From: an uncultured Fibrobacterota bacterium | GTDB lineage: Bacteria > Fibrobacterota > Chitinivibrionia > Chitinivibrionales > FEN-1185 | Reading direction: 5' to 3' | Length of the DNA stretch: 64,000 nucleotides | NCBI GenBank assembly: GCA_963729895.1 | Contig: CAVSQB010000019.1 | Location: forward strand, 128,001-192,000 | Shown: piece after piece, positions 50,196-60,394 of the stretch | How the letters are laid out: every line of letters starts with the position of its first letter | How positions within the stretch are numbered: position 1 is the first letter of the stretch | Notes under the pieces: model-generated | Seen by the model: only the letters and a program-made list of their open reading frames with translations | What the model was told of the DNA's origin: nothing | Database searches by the model: none | Position numbers and translations under genes: made by a program

Positions 50196-50945
50196 TTATT
50201 TCTGCGGAAGCGCGAGTAAGTCTGTTAATTGGCGGTACCCAAAGTAGTCCACAATGAACAAGGGAAGGCCGCTGATTATGGCAACGGTACGATTGGGATC
50301 GATATGTTTCGATCTTTGTTCCTTCAGAATGCGCTCCTGAGTCATCTGCGCGTACTCCGTTGGCGATGGATACTCGTATACATTGAATAGCAGACACCGC
50401 GTTCTCTTCAGTCCATGCTCAATTAGCACTTTCCAATCTGGGAATTGTATTTTGTCCGTATCCCGATACCCGGATCTTTTGTGAACGATGCGCTTATATC
50501 CTTTATTGATTTTCGCCACAATGGCGCGCTGAAAGAAACCAGGTCTAGCTGGATCATAGTCCTTGATCGACTCAACCATGGGATAGCTTACGTACAGTTT
50601 GCCGTGTTCGGTTTCTTCATCAAAGAACTGAATCATTTCATCTAGATTATCGTCTGACGACGTAGGTGCATGTCCATCATAGTCGAAGAAGAGAAAAATC
50701 TGCGAGACGCGATGCCTCTCAAGAGCGCAGATTGCTGGATTATCCCTGTTTCTTTCCTTGACAACCTCGAATACGTCAAGATCTCTATCCTTTTTCAAAA
50801 TATTCCACAAACCATAAATATCATGCTTGATCGGGGCACACACCCTTGGGTTTCTTTCACCCTGGAAGAACGTTTTGTTGATATTTACGAATAGCTTGGG
50901 TTCTGTCTTTTCACCCTCAAAGATTAACAGCGTGAAATCAGTCAT
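50196..50945 (-). CDS. RloB/Toprim-like partner protein
   Basis: IFEGEKTE, FFDYD, VSYPMVES; start overlaps ATPase stop. Confidence 0.65.
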   Translation of the reverse strand: MTDFTLLIFEGEKTEPKLFVNINKTFFQGERNPRVCAPIKHDIYGLWNILKKDRDLDVFEVVKERNRDNPAICALERHRVSQIFLFFDYDGHAPTSSDDNLDEMIQFFDEETEHGKLYVSYPMVESIKDYDPARPGFFQRAIVAKINKGYKRIVHKRSGYRDTDKIQFPDWKVLIEHGLKRTRCLLFNVYEYPSPTEYAQMTQERILKEQRSKHIDPNRTVAIISGLPLFIVDYFGYRQLTDLLALPQK

Positions 50946-52053
50946 CTTGGAATGCCCCCGCTCTAAGCATCTTTTCGATATTGTGAGCCTCTCTGAGTTC
51001 CTTGTCCGTAAACTCAAAGATAGGTCTAATCGCATTATCTTCCAAAATGAAATAGCAATCAGGCCGTAGGAGGTCGTTAGACATAATACTCGTGTTATGG
51101 GTAGTGATGATTGTCTGGGCTTCAATCTTCTTGATCAGCTGTACTAAGGATCTTGAGAGATTAAAATGGTAGAAAGCGTCATATTCATCAATGAACAGGA
51201 AGGAAACGTCAGTGTGGTGCTGCAACCTCTGAAACCAGTAATAAAACAATGTCAGAGATCTTGTACCCGTTGATGCTGTATCCCAAAAGATGATCTTCTT
51301 GCTTCCCACACGGTTCATAACAACCTTTTTCCCATTCACTTCATCCACACATAAGTTGCACTTTACTTTCGCAACTTTCAAGAAAGATTCAAACTCCGAC
51401 AGGTGGTCTTTTTCGATGATATCGTCCAGGATGTTACGCGCGCCTGTTTCGTAGCCCAAATATGCGTTCTGGTCCAGTGACCGAAAAAACAACATTTTAT
51501 CCACAAATTTCCCAAAAGCCAATAGCACGTCATTCACTGTGTCTTTTTCAAGGACCGTATTGCTAAGAATGTACTTGATAACTGATATCTTCGTGCCTTT
51601 CATGTCCTTGTTCAGGGTCTCCGTTCCTTTCAGTTCTATGGTAGCTTGCGTACCGTTTCTCTTGTCAATTTTTGCAACAACCTTACCATTTATCACAAGC
51701 TCTTCGAAGATAATATCATCTTGGGATTTCTTTCCGTAGTGGTATATTAATTCAGAGTTGTTAAACCTAAAGAAGTATTCGAATTCAGCTATTCTTTCAA
51801 GATCGCCACCGAATAGGAAGTTGGTATAGAATATGAGAGTCTTCGTTTTGTCAGTGAGGTGAGAAACGATGTCGAAAATGGCAAAACCCAGATTCGATTT
51901 ACCACTACTGTTGGGACCATAGATGATCGCCTTATTCACGATTGAGTCCTTGATGCATTCTGTGTTGAACTCATAATCCTTGGTGTTTGATAGGTCAAAC
52001 ACAAGCTTATGCTCGAAGTTCTTGAAGTCCTTGACTGTGAATTTTGTTAGCAT
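50938..52053 (-). CDS. ABC/AAA_21-type ATPase (RloA/AbiLi-like)
   Basis: YGPNSSGKSN, STGT, FIDEYDAFYH, ITTHN, RPDC. Confidence 0.85.
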   Translation of the reverse strand: MLTKFTVKDFKNFEHKLVFDLSNTKDYEFNTECIKDSIVNKAIIYGPNSSGKSNLGFAIFDIVSHLTDKTKTLIFYTNFLFGGDLERIAEFEYFFRFNNSELIYHYGKKSQDDIIFEELVINGKVVAKIDKRNGTQATIELKGTETLNKDMKGTKISVIKYILSNTVLEKDTVNDVLLAFGKFVDKMLFFRSLDQNAYLGYETGARNILDDIIEKDHLSEFESFLKVAKVKCNLCVDEVNGKKVVMNRVGSKKIIFWDTASTGTRSLTLFYYWFQRLQHHTDVSFLFIDEYDAFYHFNLSRSLVQLIKKIEAQTIITTHNTSIMSNDLLRPDCYFILEDNAIRPIFEFTDKELREAHNIEKMLRAGAFQDD

Positions 52054-52323
52054 GTACAAAAGCCTCTTTCCTTTAGGGGGGATTTCCCGTGGTCCGCTAT
52101 CCGTAAAATAATTACGGCAACTTCAATAACATAGGATTGCATGAATTTCTTGCAGGGTATCAGAGCAATGCGTGCGCGCCTCGCAGACCCGGAGCGCGTT
52201 ATCTGCGATGAAAGTGTTGAATCAGGGAGAGGGAGGAATCCAGGGTGAAACTCTGAACAAAAAGCGGCAGTGCAAAGACTGGAAGCGGTCAAAAAGTGAA
52301 TTGCAGTACCTATTTTTGGAAGG

Positions 52324-53100
52324 CTACTCGGGCCATTCCTTTAGACCGCATCCATCCACGACGCCTTGCCTCTGAAATATTTTGGAGTTTATTTCTCTCA
52401 GGAAGGTGTCATCCCCGCTATTGAAATTTCTACCAAACGCATAAGAAACAATGTCCGCCAGCTGCAAAAGATTCGAGGATTCGGACGGTTCGAAAAGAAT
52501 GCTTTCCACAAAATGAAACGACTTTATGTGAAGTGACTGAGCGTAAAGGGCACTGGCAAAATCCCGATATTCCTTTTCTATTCCCTGGTGCACTGCGTCG
52601 GAAATAATCATGGCTCGCTTATCGGTTGCATCATCCAGAAATAGGTTGGCGCGTTCAATCAAGAATTCCCAACTCCTGTTTTTGGGAAGATTCTTATAGT
52701 CGACATGGGTTGTGCGTATTTTGGTCTTGTCAATGGCGACACATAAGATTGTAATTTCCAAATTATTAATCTGTCGGTAAAAATCCAGAAGTATTGCGTT
52801 CCGGTCTTCACGTCTGTGAAAAGTAGCGCCAAACCAGTTCGTCCTGCTTTTCCTCTCGCCATTTGAATTATAGAAAAGTTCTTTGCCGCTCCTAATCGCC
52901 GTCGCATGGAGTTCAACTGCTTTTGGAACATGATACCGTTGCTTGAAAGATTTTATTGCTGCATCTATTCGGGTCCATTTCCAATCATGAATGATTATAC
53001 CTACTCGAATAAAGAACCGTGTTGGTGTAGCATTGGGAGTGTATGTATTGTTCGCGGAAAATCCACAATCCCCTGATTCATCGACGTAAATCAAATGCAT
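52324..53100 (-). CDS. DUF3800 domain protein
   Basis: IYVDESGD, ELHA, IISD, LLQLADIVSY; GGGGAGG RBS. Confidence 0.88.
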   Translation of the reverse strand: MHLIYVDESGDCGFSANNTYTPNATPTRFFIRVGIIIHDWKWTRIDAAIKSFKQRYHVPKAVELHATAIRSGKELFYNSNGERKSRTNWFGATFHRREDRNAILLDFYRQINNLEITILCVAIDKTKIRTTHVDYKNLPKNRSWEFLIERANLFLDDATDKRAMIISDAVHQGIEKEYRDFASALYAQSLHIKSFHFVESILFEPSESSNLLQLADIVSYAFGRNFNSGDDTFLREINSKIFQRQGVVDGCGLKEWPE

Positions 53101-53121
53101 TTGCCTCCCCCGCAATAAAAA

Positions 53122-53175
53122 GCGACCGAGTGAAGTAGAAACTTCAGCCAGTCGACAAGCGACTGTCTCGGTCGC
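53122..53175 (-). ncRNA. Candidate three-way-junction RNA upstream of DUF3800
   Basis: 9-bp closing stem GCGACCGAG/CTCGGTCGC with two perfect 6-bp inner hairpins; T5 follows on the coding strand. Confidence 0.65.
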
Positions 53176-54329
53176 ACTATGCTTCCCTAGGAAATACGGC
53201 CTGGAAAGACCGTTATTTTCCTGTCCATTAAATTATACAATGGTTCCGAGCCGATGCAAGCGTTTTTTTTCTTCGTGCGCCGCGCGCTGGGCTTGTTGCG
53301 CTGGCGCTGTTCGCCTTGCCGCCAAGATCGTTTCCCCCCGGTGCCGTGCGGCTTCCGGGACTGATTTGCATAAGAGTTTGGACGTTCTTGAGTGTTTTTC
53401 CATATAAACAGGCTGTTTTCGCTCCATTCGGGCTTTTTCAGCATTTATTTCGATACCTAATTATGCATCATGGTATGCAGGTCTTCTGGCATTGTTCACC
53501 CGCGCGCGCAGATTTCTTTGCCCTTTTTTATGGACCACGAAAACTCCGCGTTCGCGCAGCTATTTTGCGCCGTAAAAAGGTTGCAAGCTGTTACCCTTGT
53601 GCCCTATCCTGCCAGCGGAAACCCCGTTGCAACCAAGGTTTCAATCTCCTCTCCCCCGCGCGCAACCAAGGTTGCAACCTGACCCCTGCGCGCGTGCCCT
53701 GCGGTTTTCTCCCCGCTTTTATGGACTCAAGAAACCTCGGAAAATCACCCAATCCCCACGCGAACGGAACCGGCCTTAGAATCGCGGCGGGCTTGGGCAT
53801 GTCCTAGTAGTGGTCGGGCCTGCCGTTCCGCCGCGCCACACACGCGCGTATCGTGTCGGAAAATTCGGGCCTATGCCCCCCGCTCACACCGCGCAAGCCA
53901 TTTGTTTTCCGTTTGTTCTGCCGGGCCTATGCCCCCCGTCCGCGTTGCCGTCCCGTAAACCCGCGCCACAAGCCCTCAAAGTACGCTGAAACGTGTATTC
54001 TACGGTCACAGAAGCCTGGATCGTGGCCGGGGGTGTACTTGGGGGGATACCTCCGGGCCGATCCGCCTTCAGATACACCTGCCGCCACCCTGTTCCTTTC
54101 GCATTTCAGCTCCCCTGGACTTTCGAAAAACTGAAAAGGTCGATTCTGCCGTTTTATTGCCGTTTCTTTCCAAGGTGGTCGCTCGCTCTTAAAGGCAAGG
54201 CCGCTTGCCGGAACGCCGCCCCTGTCCCGTCAAATCGTTCTTTCTATGGTTGTGCTTTTCTTAATGGCCCGTAGCTGCAATTCATAAGCCGCCCCGGCAA
54301 GGCGGTTTTTATTTGCTGGCCCCTTCCTG

Positions 54330-54498
54330 TCAAAAATGCCTTATTAATTCCTTCTCGATGCACTCCCTCACGAAATCCGAAAAATTTTTCCCGCCCTATC
54401 CGCTTCTCGATCCGCTTCACCATTTCGACGGAGAAACGGATAGGCTTTACCACAGAACCCTTGCTCTCAGGCCCGCCAATTTTGGGCGTTCCGCCCAC
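54330..54498 (-). pseudogene. Frameshifted ribbon-helix-helix-like regulator
   Basis: VVKPIRFSVEMVKRIEKRIG, then NFSDFVRECIEKELIRHF* after removing one G near 54395. Confidence 0.45.
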
Positions 54499-54742
54499 TC
54501 TCGGCCTTCCGTCGCTGCCGGTGATTGTGCCGCCCTTGCCTTATGTGTGGTGATACTCATGGATTTTTTAAAAGTGGTTTTTTATGGAAAAGTGTACCAA
54601 TGAATGTACCAATTTACTGGTACACTGTACCAATTTTCGTGATATTTGATACTATTTTGTAGAGAAGTGAGGCAATGCGGAGAGAATAGAAAAGACCTTT
54701 TAGAACGCTGTTTTCATAGGAAGACGTTGGAAGGGAGAAAAA

Positions 54743-54816
54743 TGCCAGCGCAGAGATTCGAACTCCGGACAAGTGGATTATGATTCCACTGCTCTAACCG
54801 ACTGAGCTACGCTGGC
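54743..54816 (-). tRNA. tRNA with CAT anticodon, probably elongator tRNA-Met
   Basis: GCCAGCG-TAGCTCAGTCGGTTAGAGCA-GTGGAATCATAATCCAC-TTGTC-CGGAGTTCGAATCTCTG-CGCTGGCA; CCA not encoded. Confidence 0.93.
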
Positions 54817-55122
54817 ATATTCCTGTTGGAAAAGCACACACAAAATTAAGTGACGGTAGGGAGAGTTGTCAATGAGTTAGGACTGGGAATGGTTTCCACC
54901 TGTTTAACCGCCATGGAGAATGCTTTTTCAAATTCTTGCGGATTTAACCAGGTTTTTGTGAAAAAAATGTGGCAAGAAAAAACCCACAGAAGGCAATATT
55001 ACGCTGGACAACAAGGAGCACCTTACCTACCTTTGCGCTTTTGCCGTGCCAATAGGATAACACTTTTCATGAATTCAACTCAAGATTATTGAGAATAGCG
55101 TAAACCTGCCAGCCTTCGTCAA

Positions 55123-55812
55123 TCACCAGGCAAAGTAAATCATCACGGAAATGAGAATCAATGATAGAAGTAATGCAAAGAAGATATTGCCTCTAAGTAA
55201 ATCAGAACTGATTCTATTTGCAATGAGAACATACCCTGTCGTGCCTGGCAGCAGGCAGAGCCAGGACCAAAAAACATAGGGGATAAAGGAGATCCTGGTT
55301 AGCCCAAAAACATAATTCAGAACGACATGAGGGAAGACGGGAATAAGCCGGAGAAAAATCAGGACACGAGTTTCGTGAGCCTTTATAAACATACTATACT
55401 TCTCGTACTTTTCGTGTCCCCTAAGCCACCTTTCCACTCTTTTGCGGGCGAACCTGCGGGCTATCCAAAAGGCAAGTACCGCCGCAAGAAGAGCCCCACT
55501 ACTTGAAATTGCTATGGCGATCACTGGAGAAAAAAGTACGCCCGCGAGGATGGTCATCCCGGTTCCCGGAATCATTGCAAGAGAAGATGCTGCATAACAA
55601 ATGAAGAAAAGAAGATAACCAACATTTCCCTCGCCTTGAATGAATTTTCGAAGCACGAATAACCATCCTGAAAGACCTAATACCTCTGATAATAGAATGA
55701 AAGTCCCCATGAGCACGAGAAAGACATGCCATCGGTTTCGCGTGTTCCCATTATTGTTTGCAATCGCCTTCACACCCATGACCTCCGCGGCATCGGCCCA
55801 ATCATTTTCCAC
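55123..55812 (-). CDS. TVP38/TMEM64 (DedA/VTT) membrane protein
   Basis: IPGTGMTILAGVLF, LRLIPVFP..VLNYVFGLT, LLPGT. Confidence 0.85.
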   Translation of the reverse strand: MENDWADAAEVMGVKAIANNNGNTRNRWHVFLVLMGTFILLSEVLGLSGWLFVLRKFIQGEGNVGYLLFFICYAASSLAMIPGTGMTILAGVLFSPVIAIAISSSGALLAAVLAFWIARRFARKRVERWLRGHEKYEKYSMFIKAHETRVLIFLRLIPVFPHVVLNYVFGLTRISFIPYVFWSWLCLLPGTTGYVLIANRISSDLLRGNIFFALLLSLILISVMIYFAW

Positions 55813-56387
55813 TCTTATGTATGGGGAATCTCAGTGGTATGAGCATTGGCGGCGCAAAATGGATGCCATCCACGGATTCGAAGGGGGCAAAGTTATTGGT
55901 AAGTCATGGTACGGTTTTTGCGGGTCTTTCTTCGGGCGCTAAAGCTCACTCCGCAAATTGTGATGTGACCGTCAACCTATTCATAGGAGGTTTTCAATGT
56001 TCTTCGCCAGGTTATTTTCCGTTGTTGCAATTTTCATTGCCGGTATTATCGGTTCCGCCTATCCTGCCGAGCAAAAACTGCCGGAAGCGGCGTCCGAACC
56101 CGCCTCCGAAATGTGGGCGCCTGTTGACGAATCAGATTGGGCGGTTTTCATGGACGCTCCCGCTTATCACTTTGATCAAGCTAAGGAATACTTGCAAAAA
56201 GGCGAAACCGCAAAAGCATCTTCCGAATTGAGAATAGGAAACTCATTTTTGACGTACCAGAGGGACCGTATTGCCTTCGCAGCGAAACAGATTGAAGAAC
56301 TATCGAAAGCCGTTGCTGATGGAAAGGAAAAGAACCCTGCAACTGTTGACTCCATTACGGCCACCGCGTTAAAGGTAATAAGTAATA

Positions 56388-58030
56388 CCTAAATCCGTGA
56401 GAAAAACTTTGGCATTTTGATGATTTTTCGTGTAGATTAAGGGTGAATGGTGCTTGACTAAATGGCAGTTCACATTATTCACCCGGAAGGTGTCATGCCA
56501 AAGCCGAGAAAGTTGATAATCACGGAGACGGACGAGTTTCTGACCAGCCATGGTGGAATGGCAATGATCGGGATGCTTGCGGAGCGATCCGGTTTGCGCG
56601 AGCGTGTTTCGCAGGTTACTCCGGACAAGAAGAGCGGGAGTATAAGCACCGCGGACGCGCTGCTGACCATGACGGGGCTTTTGTGTCTTGCCAAACCAGA
56701 CTTTGACGGGGTCGAGCAGTTTCGTGAAGACGACTATTTTCAGGAGATGCTTGGATTGAAAGCGGTTCCTTCCGAGGCTACACTGCGGCAGCGAATGGAC
56801 GAAACGGGCCTGACCGTTCAAAACGCAGTCCTTTCCGCTTCGGCGTCCCTGTTGAAAAAAGCAGCGCCACGGCTCACCGCCTGCTTTGGACCGTATATTC
56901 CGATTGACGCTGACGTATCTCCTTTTGACAACAGTGGTTCTCATAAGGAAGGCGTAAGCTGCACGTACAAGTTGTTCGAGGGATATTCTCCGATGCTTGC
57001 CTACATAGGCGTGGAAGGCTACCTGCTGAACGCGGAGTTGCGCGAAGGGAAACAACATTGCCAGGAAGGAACTCCGGAGTTTCTGCGCAAGACCATAGCC
57101 CTTGCTCGAAAAATAACGGATCGTTCGATCCTTGTGCGTCTTGATGCCGGACATGACGATATTGAAAACATGCGAGTCTGCCGCAAGGAAAAGGTCGATT
57201 ACATAATCAAACGGAACATACGCAGGGAATCTATTGACGAATGGCTCGTGGATGCTCAAGCGCTCGGTGACTGGCGTCATCCTCGTGAAGGCAAGACCGT
57301 GTACGTTGGTGAGACAATACGGGAAAGAAACGGCGAAAACATGCGCGTTGTGTTCGAGGTGATCGAACGGACAATCGACCGCGACGGAAACGCCTTGCTG
57401 CTGCCGGATGTAGAGGTTCACACGTGGTGGACGAGCCTGAGCAGACGCAACGCCGGCCCGGACGACGTTATTGCAGCGTACCGGGATCATGGCACCAGCG
57501 AGCAGTTTCACTCGGAGCTGAAGAGTGATATGGCGCTGGAGCGGCTTCCCAGCGGGAAGTTCACGACCAACGCATTGGTGTTGACGTTGGCGGTTCTTGC
57601 GTTCAACATGCTGCGGCTCTGCGGCCAAGTTGGAATCGACAAGGGGTACGTGCCGCGTAAGAAAGTTGCACGCCGGAGATTGCGGAAGGTCATTCAGGAT
57701 CTTATGTACATAGCAGCACGCGTGATAACGCATGCCCGCCGGTTGATGCTTGCCCTGTCGCGGCGGAATCAACTCCGCATAGCGTGGACGCAAACGTATC
57801 TGGCGTTCGCCACGGATGGCTGACCTAAGGAGAGCAATAAACGGAAATAGACCCGTAACCAAACAAACGTCGCCACCGACACGTTGAGTGTATTTGTCAA
57901 CCATGGGGTCAGAAGCGCAAATCATAGTGGAATCACCCCGGCAACAACTTATCAAGAAGCCTTAGCAACCATATTCGTTCTTGTCAACGCCGTCAATTTG
58001 TTTTTAATAACCTTATCTCACGGAATCAGG
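56388..58030 (+). mobile_element. IS1380-family element (1643 bp)
   Basis: TIRs CCTAAATCCGTGAGA / TCTCACGGAATCAGG; 5-bp TSD TAATA. Confidence 0.92.
56495..57823 (+). CDS. IS1380-family transposase
   Basis: LTSHGG, PSEATLRQR, VRLDAGHD, YRDHGTSEQFHSELK. Confidence 0.93.
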   Translation: MPKPRKLIITETDEFLTSHGGMAMIGMLAERSGLRERVSQVTPDKKSGSISTADALLTMTGLLCLAKPDFDGVEQFREDDYFQEMLGLKAVPSEATLRQRMDETGLTVQNAVLSASASLLKKAAPRLTACFGPYIPIDADVSPFDNSGSHKEGVSCTYKLFEGYSPMLAYIGVEGYLLNAELREGKQHCQEGTPEFLRKTIALARKITDRSILVRLDAGHDDIENMRVCRKEKVDYIIKRNIRRESIDEWLVDAQALGDWRHPREGKTVYVGETIRERNGENMRVVFEVIERTIDRDGNALLLPDVEVHTWWTSLSRRNAGPDDVIAAYRDHGTSEQFHSELKSDMALERLPSGKFTTNALVLTLAVLAFNMLRLCGQVGIDKGYVPRKKVARRRLRKVIQDLMYIAARVITHARRLMLALSRRNQLRIAWTQTYLAFATDG

Positions 58031-58920
58031 TAATAAATATGCGATGGTACCGCTGAAAATCGAACCGACCAGAATTTTTGAAGATGCGTACAAATATCAT
58101 TTTGAGAAAGCAAAGTCAAAACTGCAGGAAAACGACCGGGCTGCAGCCGCTTCCGAAATAAGGAAAGCTGCATCCTTCTTGCGGTTGAGGGCGGCCCAGT
58201 TACGGCATGTCGCCAAAGCCGAACTCGATTCCGCCGGAAATGAATTGAGGGAATTAGCGTCAAAAGTCGAATCCGGCACGGTCAAGGACGTAAAGGACCT
58301 GGAGCATGTTTTCCAGAAGGCGATATCAGTTGTGACGAAGAAGACCAAGTAATATTATGAATTGACAATTTATGTCAGCAAATCCGGTCGATGCGAATCA
58401 GATTTAGTTGATTTGGAACAACCCGAATTCAGGGAACAGCGTTAACCAAAAGGCATCAAAATGAAACAAAGCTGTTTGTCCCGCCCAGCCGATAATAGCG
58501 CCCTCGGTGATGACGTTTCGCACAGTGGGTGTCCGGCGCGTAGATAACCGATTATTGGTGAGAGGAGCAAACTATGAGTGGGAGAAATTCCGCAGTTCCT
58601 CTCCCGATGTTACGGGCGAACCGAACTACAACGACCAGTGGCGGTTCTTCCCGTACTACCGTTAACCATGCGGTATGGCTTTCATCGCGCAAGCCATCCG
58701 GGTTCCATTCGATTCAGACAACAAAAATCACATAGAGGCAAGGACTCCGGTCGATGTTGGGCCGCCGGGAGCAGGGACTAATGAAGGAGTGGACTGCGAA
58801 TCGTCATGGCGGCTGCCCCTATCACCCGGTGGGCAGTGCAGACAAAAGTTCGGAAAGCTTATCGTCGCCGGATGTTGGCTTGGTTTCCTTTTTGGTAACC
58901 GCTTCGATCTTATCCCAAAG

Positions 58921-60171
58921 ATGATCGCCATGCGGATCACAATTTTGCTCGCAATGCTGGTTTCTGGATGTGTCCGGATCTGCTGCAGCACCGAAATTGA
59001 ATTGGAATCGTTTGCCAAAAACGCGGACAGCATTCCCATCGGCATCGTTTCCTTCAAGTCCCTTTCATCGACGACGCTCTTGGCAAACAAGCCCGAAGGT
59101 GTCATTGCAAGCGACCTGGAGTTTTCCGGCAGATTCACGGTAGTGCGGAGTGCCGTACCGGACACGGCGCTTTTTGGAAATAACAATGTTCAAATGTATA
59201 TCAACGGCGATTATTCCGTGAACGGGAACGATGTGCAGCTTCATTGTTTTTTGCAAAGTGTGGATGGAAAGCAAATTCTGTTAAACCGAACGTTTGGCGG
59301 CACCCTTCAGACCCTTCGTGCAATGGCGCACCGCTATGGCGACGAATTGGTCCAGAGGTTGTTCGCCGACAAGCCCTTCTTTGAAAGCAAGATCCTTTTC
59401 GTCAAGGACGAGGGACGCAGAAAGAACATTATGATCATGGATTACGACGGATTTGACCGACGTCAGCTTACCTTCTGCGATTGCATGAACATTTTGCCTG
59501 CCTTTGCCGATTCCGCCACCTTTGTCTGGACGTCGTACAGTCGGGGCCAAGCCGGGGTGTACGGGGGAGCACTTGAAGGGGGCGGCCAACATCCTCTTGT
59601 AACAAGCCGCTACGTAGAGACCTCGGCCTGCGTATCGGCGATTACCGGAAGAATCGCCTTCTCCTCCGGACGGCAGGGCAGCATGGAAATTTACACCTGC
59701 AATATGGATGGATCCGCCGTAACACGTCTGACCGGCGATGGTGGGGTCGACATAGCGCCCTGTTGGTCACCCACCAGCGCGCAGATCGCGTTTACTTCGG
59801 ACCGAGACGGCACCCCCCACATTTACGTCATGGACGCCGACGGCTCCAACGAGCGCCGCCTCACCTTTGACGGCGATTACCAGGATACCCCTGCATGGTC
59901 GCCAAAGGGAGACAAGATCGCGTATGCGTCAATGACGCTTGGCGAGTTTGAAATCTGGACGATCCAGGCCGACGGCTCCAACGCCACCCAATTGACCTCC
60001 CCTGGCGGCAGCAAGGAAAACCCGGTGTGGTCGCCAAGCGCATCGTATGTCGCCTTTTCCTGCAAGATCGGGAAGGGCATCGACATTTACGCGATTCGCG
60101 CGGATGGGACACATCTGACAAAAATTACAAACACCGGAAACGCAAAAATGCCTGCCTGGGCGCTTGACTGA
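58921..60171 (+). CDS. TolB-like periplasmic beta-propeller protein
   Basis: DLEFSGRF N-domain; PD40 repeats PxWSP...IAF. Confidence 0.85.
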   Translation: MIAMRITILLAMLVSGCVRICCSTEIELESFAKNADSIPIGIVSFKSLSSTTLLANKPEGVIASDLEFSGRFTVVRSAVPDTALFGNNNVQMYINGDYSVNGNDVQLHCFLQSVDGKQILLNRTFGGTLQTLRAMAHRYGDELVQRLFADKPFFESKILFVKDEGRRKNIMIMDYDGFDRRQLTFCDCMNILPAFADSATFVWTSYSRGQAGVYGGALEGGGQHPLVTSRYVETSACVSAITGRIAFSSGRQGSMEIYTCNMDGSAVTRLTGDGGVDIAPCWSPTSAQIAFTSDRDGTPHIYVMDADGSNERRLTFDGDYQDTPAWSPKGDKIAYASMTLGEFEIWTIQADGSNATQLTSPGGSKENPVWSPSASYVAFSCKIGKGIDIYAIRADGTHLTKITNTGNAKMPAWALD

Positions 60172-60394
60172 ATCATAAATAACGGCCGTGAAGGATTGCC
60201 GCCTGGGAAAGGGACAATTATCACAACACTTGAATTTTCCGGGATCGTGGGCTCCGCCTCGGTTGGCGCCGGGCTACTCGGCTCCCTCACCGGCGGATCG
60301 TGCTGTTAGTGATGGCATGGATGTTGCGGTTCTTTGAGTTGACATCATCACTCGAATTTATGCGAACATTTCTCATGGGTAAGGAGGACGAAAT

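Larger units (their letters stand above)
36733..54793. mobile_element. ~18-kb integrative, satellite-like element in tRNA(CAU)
   Basis: 51-bp direct repeats 36733..36783 and 54743..54793 (one mismatch) equal to the tRNA 3' part; adjacent integrase; primase/helicase; no recognisable virion or conjugation genes. Confidence 0.92.
55997..58352 (+). pseudogene. Exported helical protein split by IS1380
   Basis: Removing the IS and one TAATA restores KVISN-KYAMVPLK in frame; halves share YHFxxAKxxLQ..ASxExR. Confidence 0.8.

Noticed and set aside
53187..54274. Short overlapping ORFs in the element's right arm
   Set aside because: No recognisable motifs; conflicting frames on both strands
36733..54793. 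Complete prophage or ICE
   Set aside because: No structural, lysis, relaxase or T4SS genes recognised
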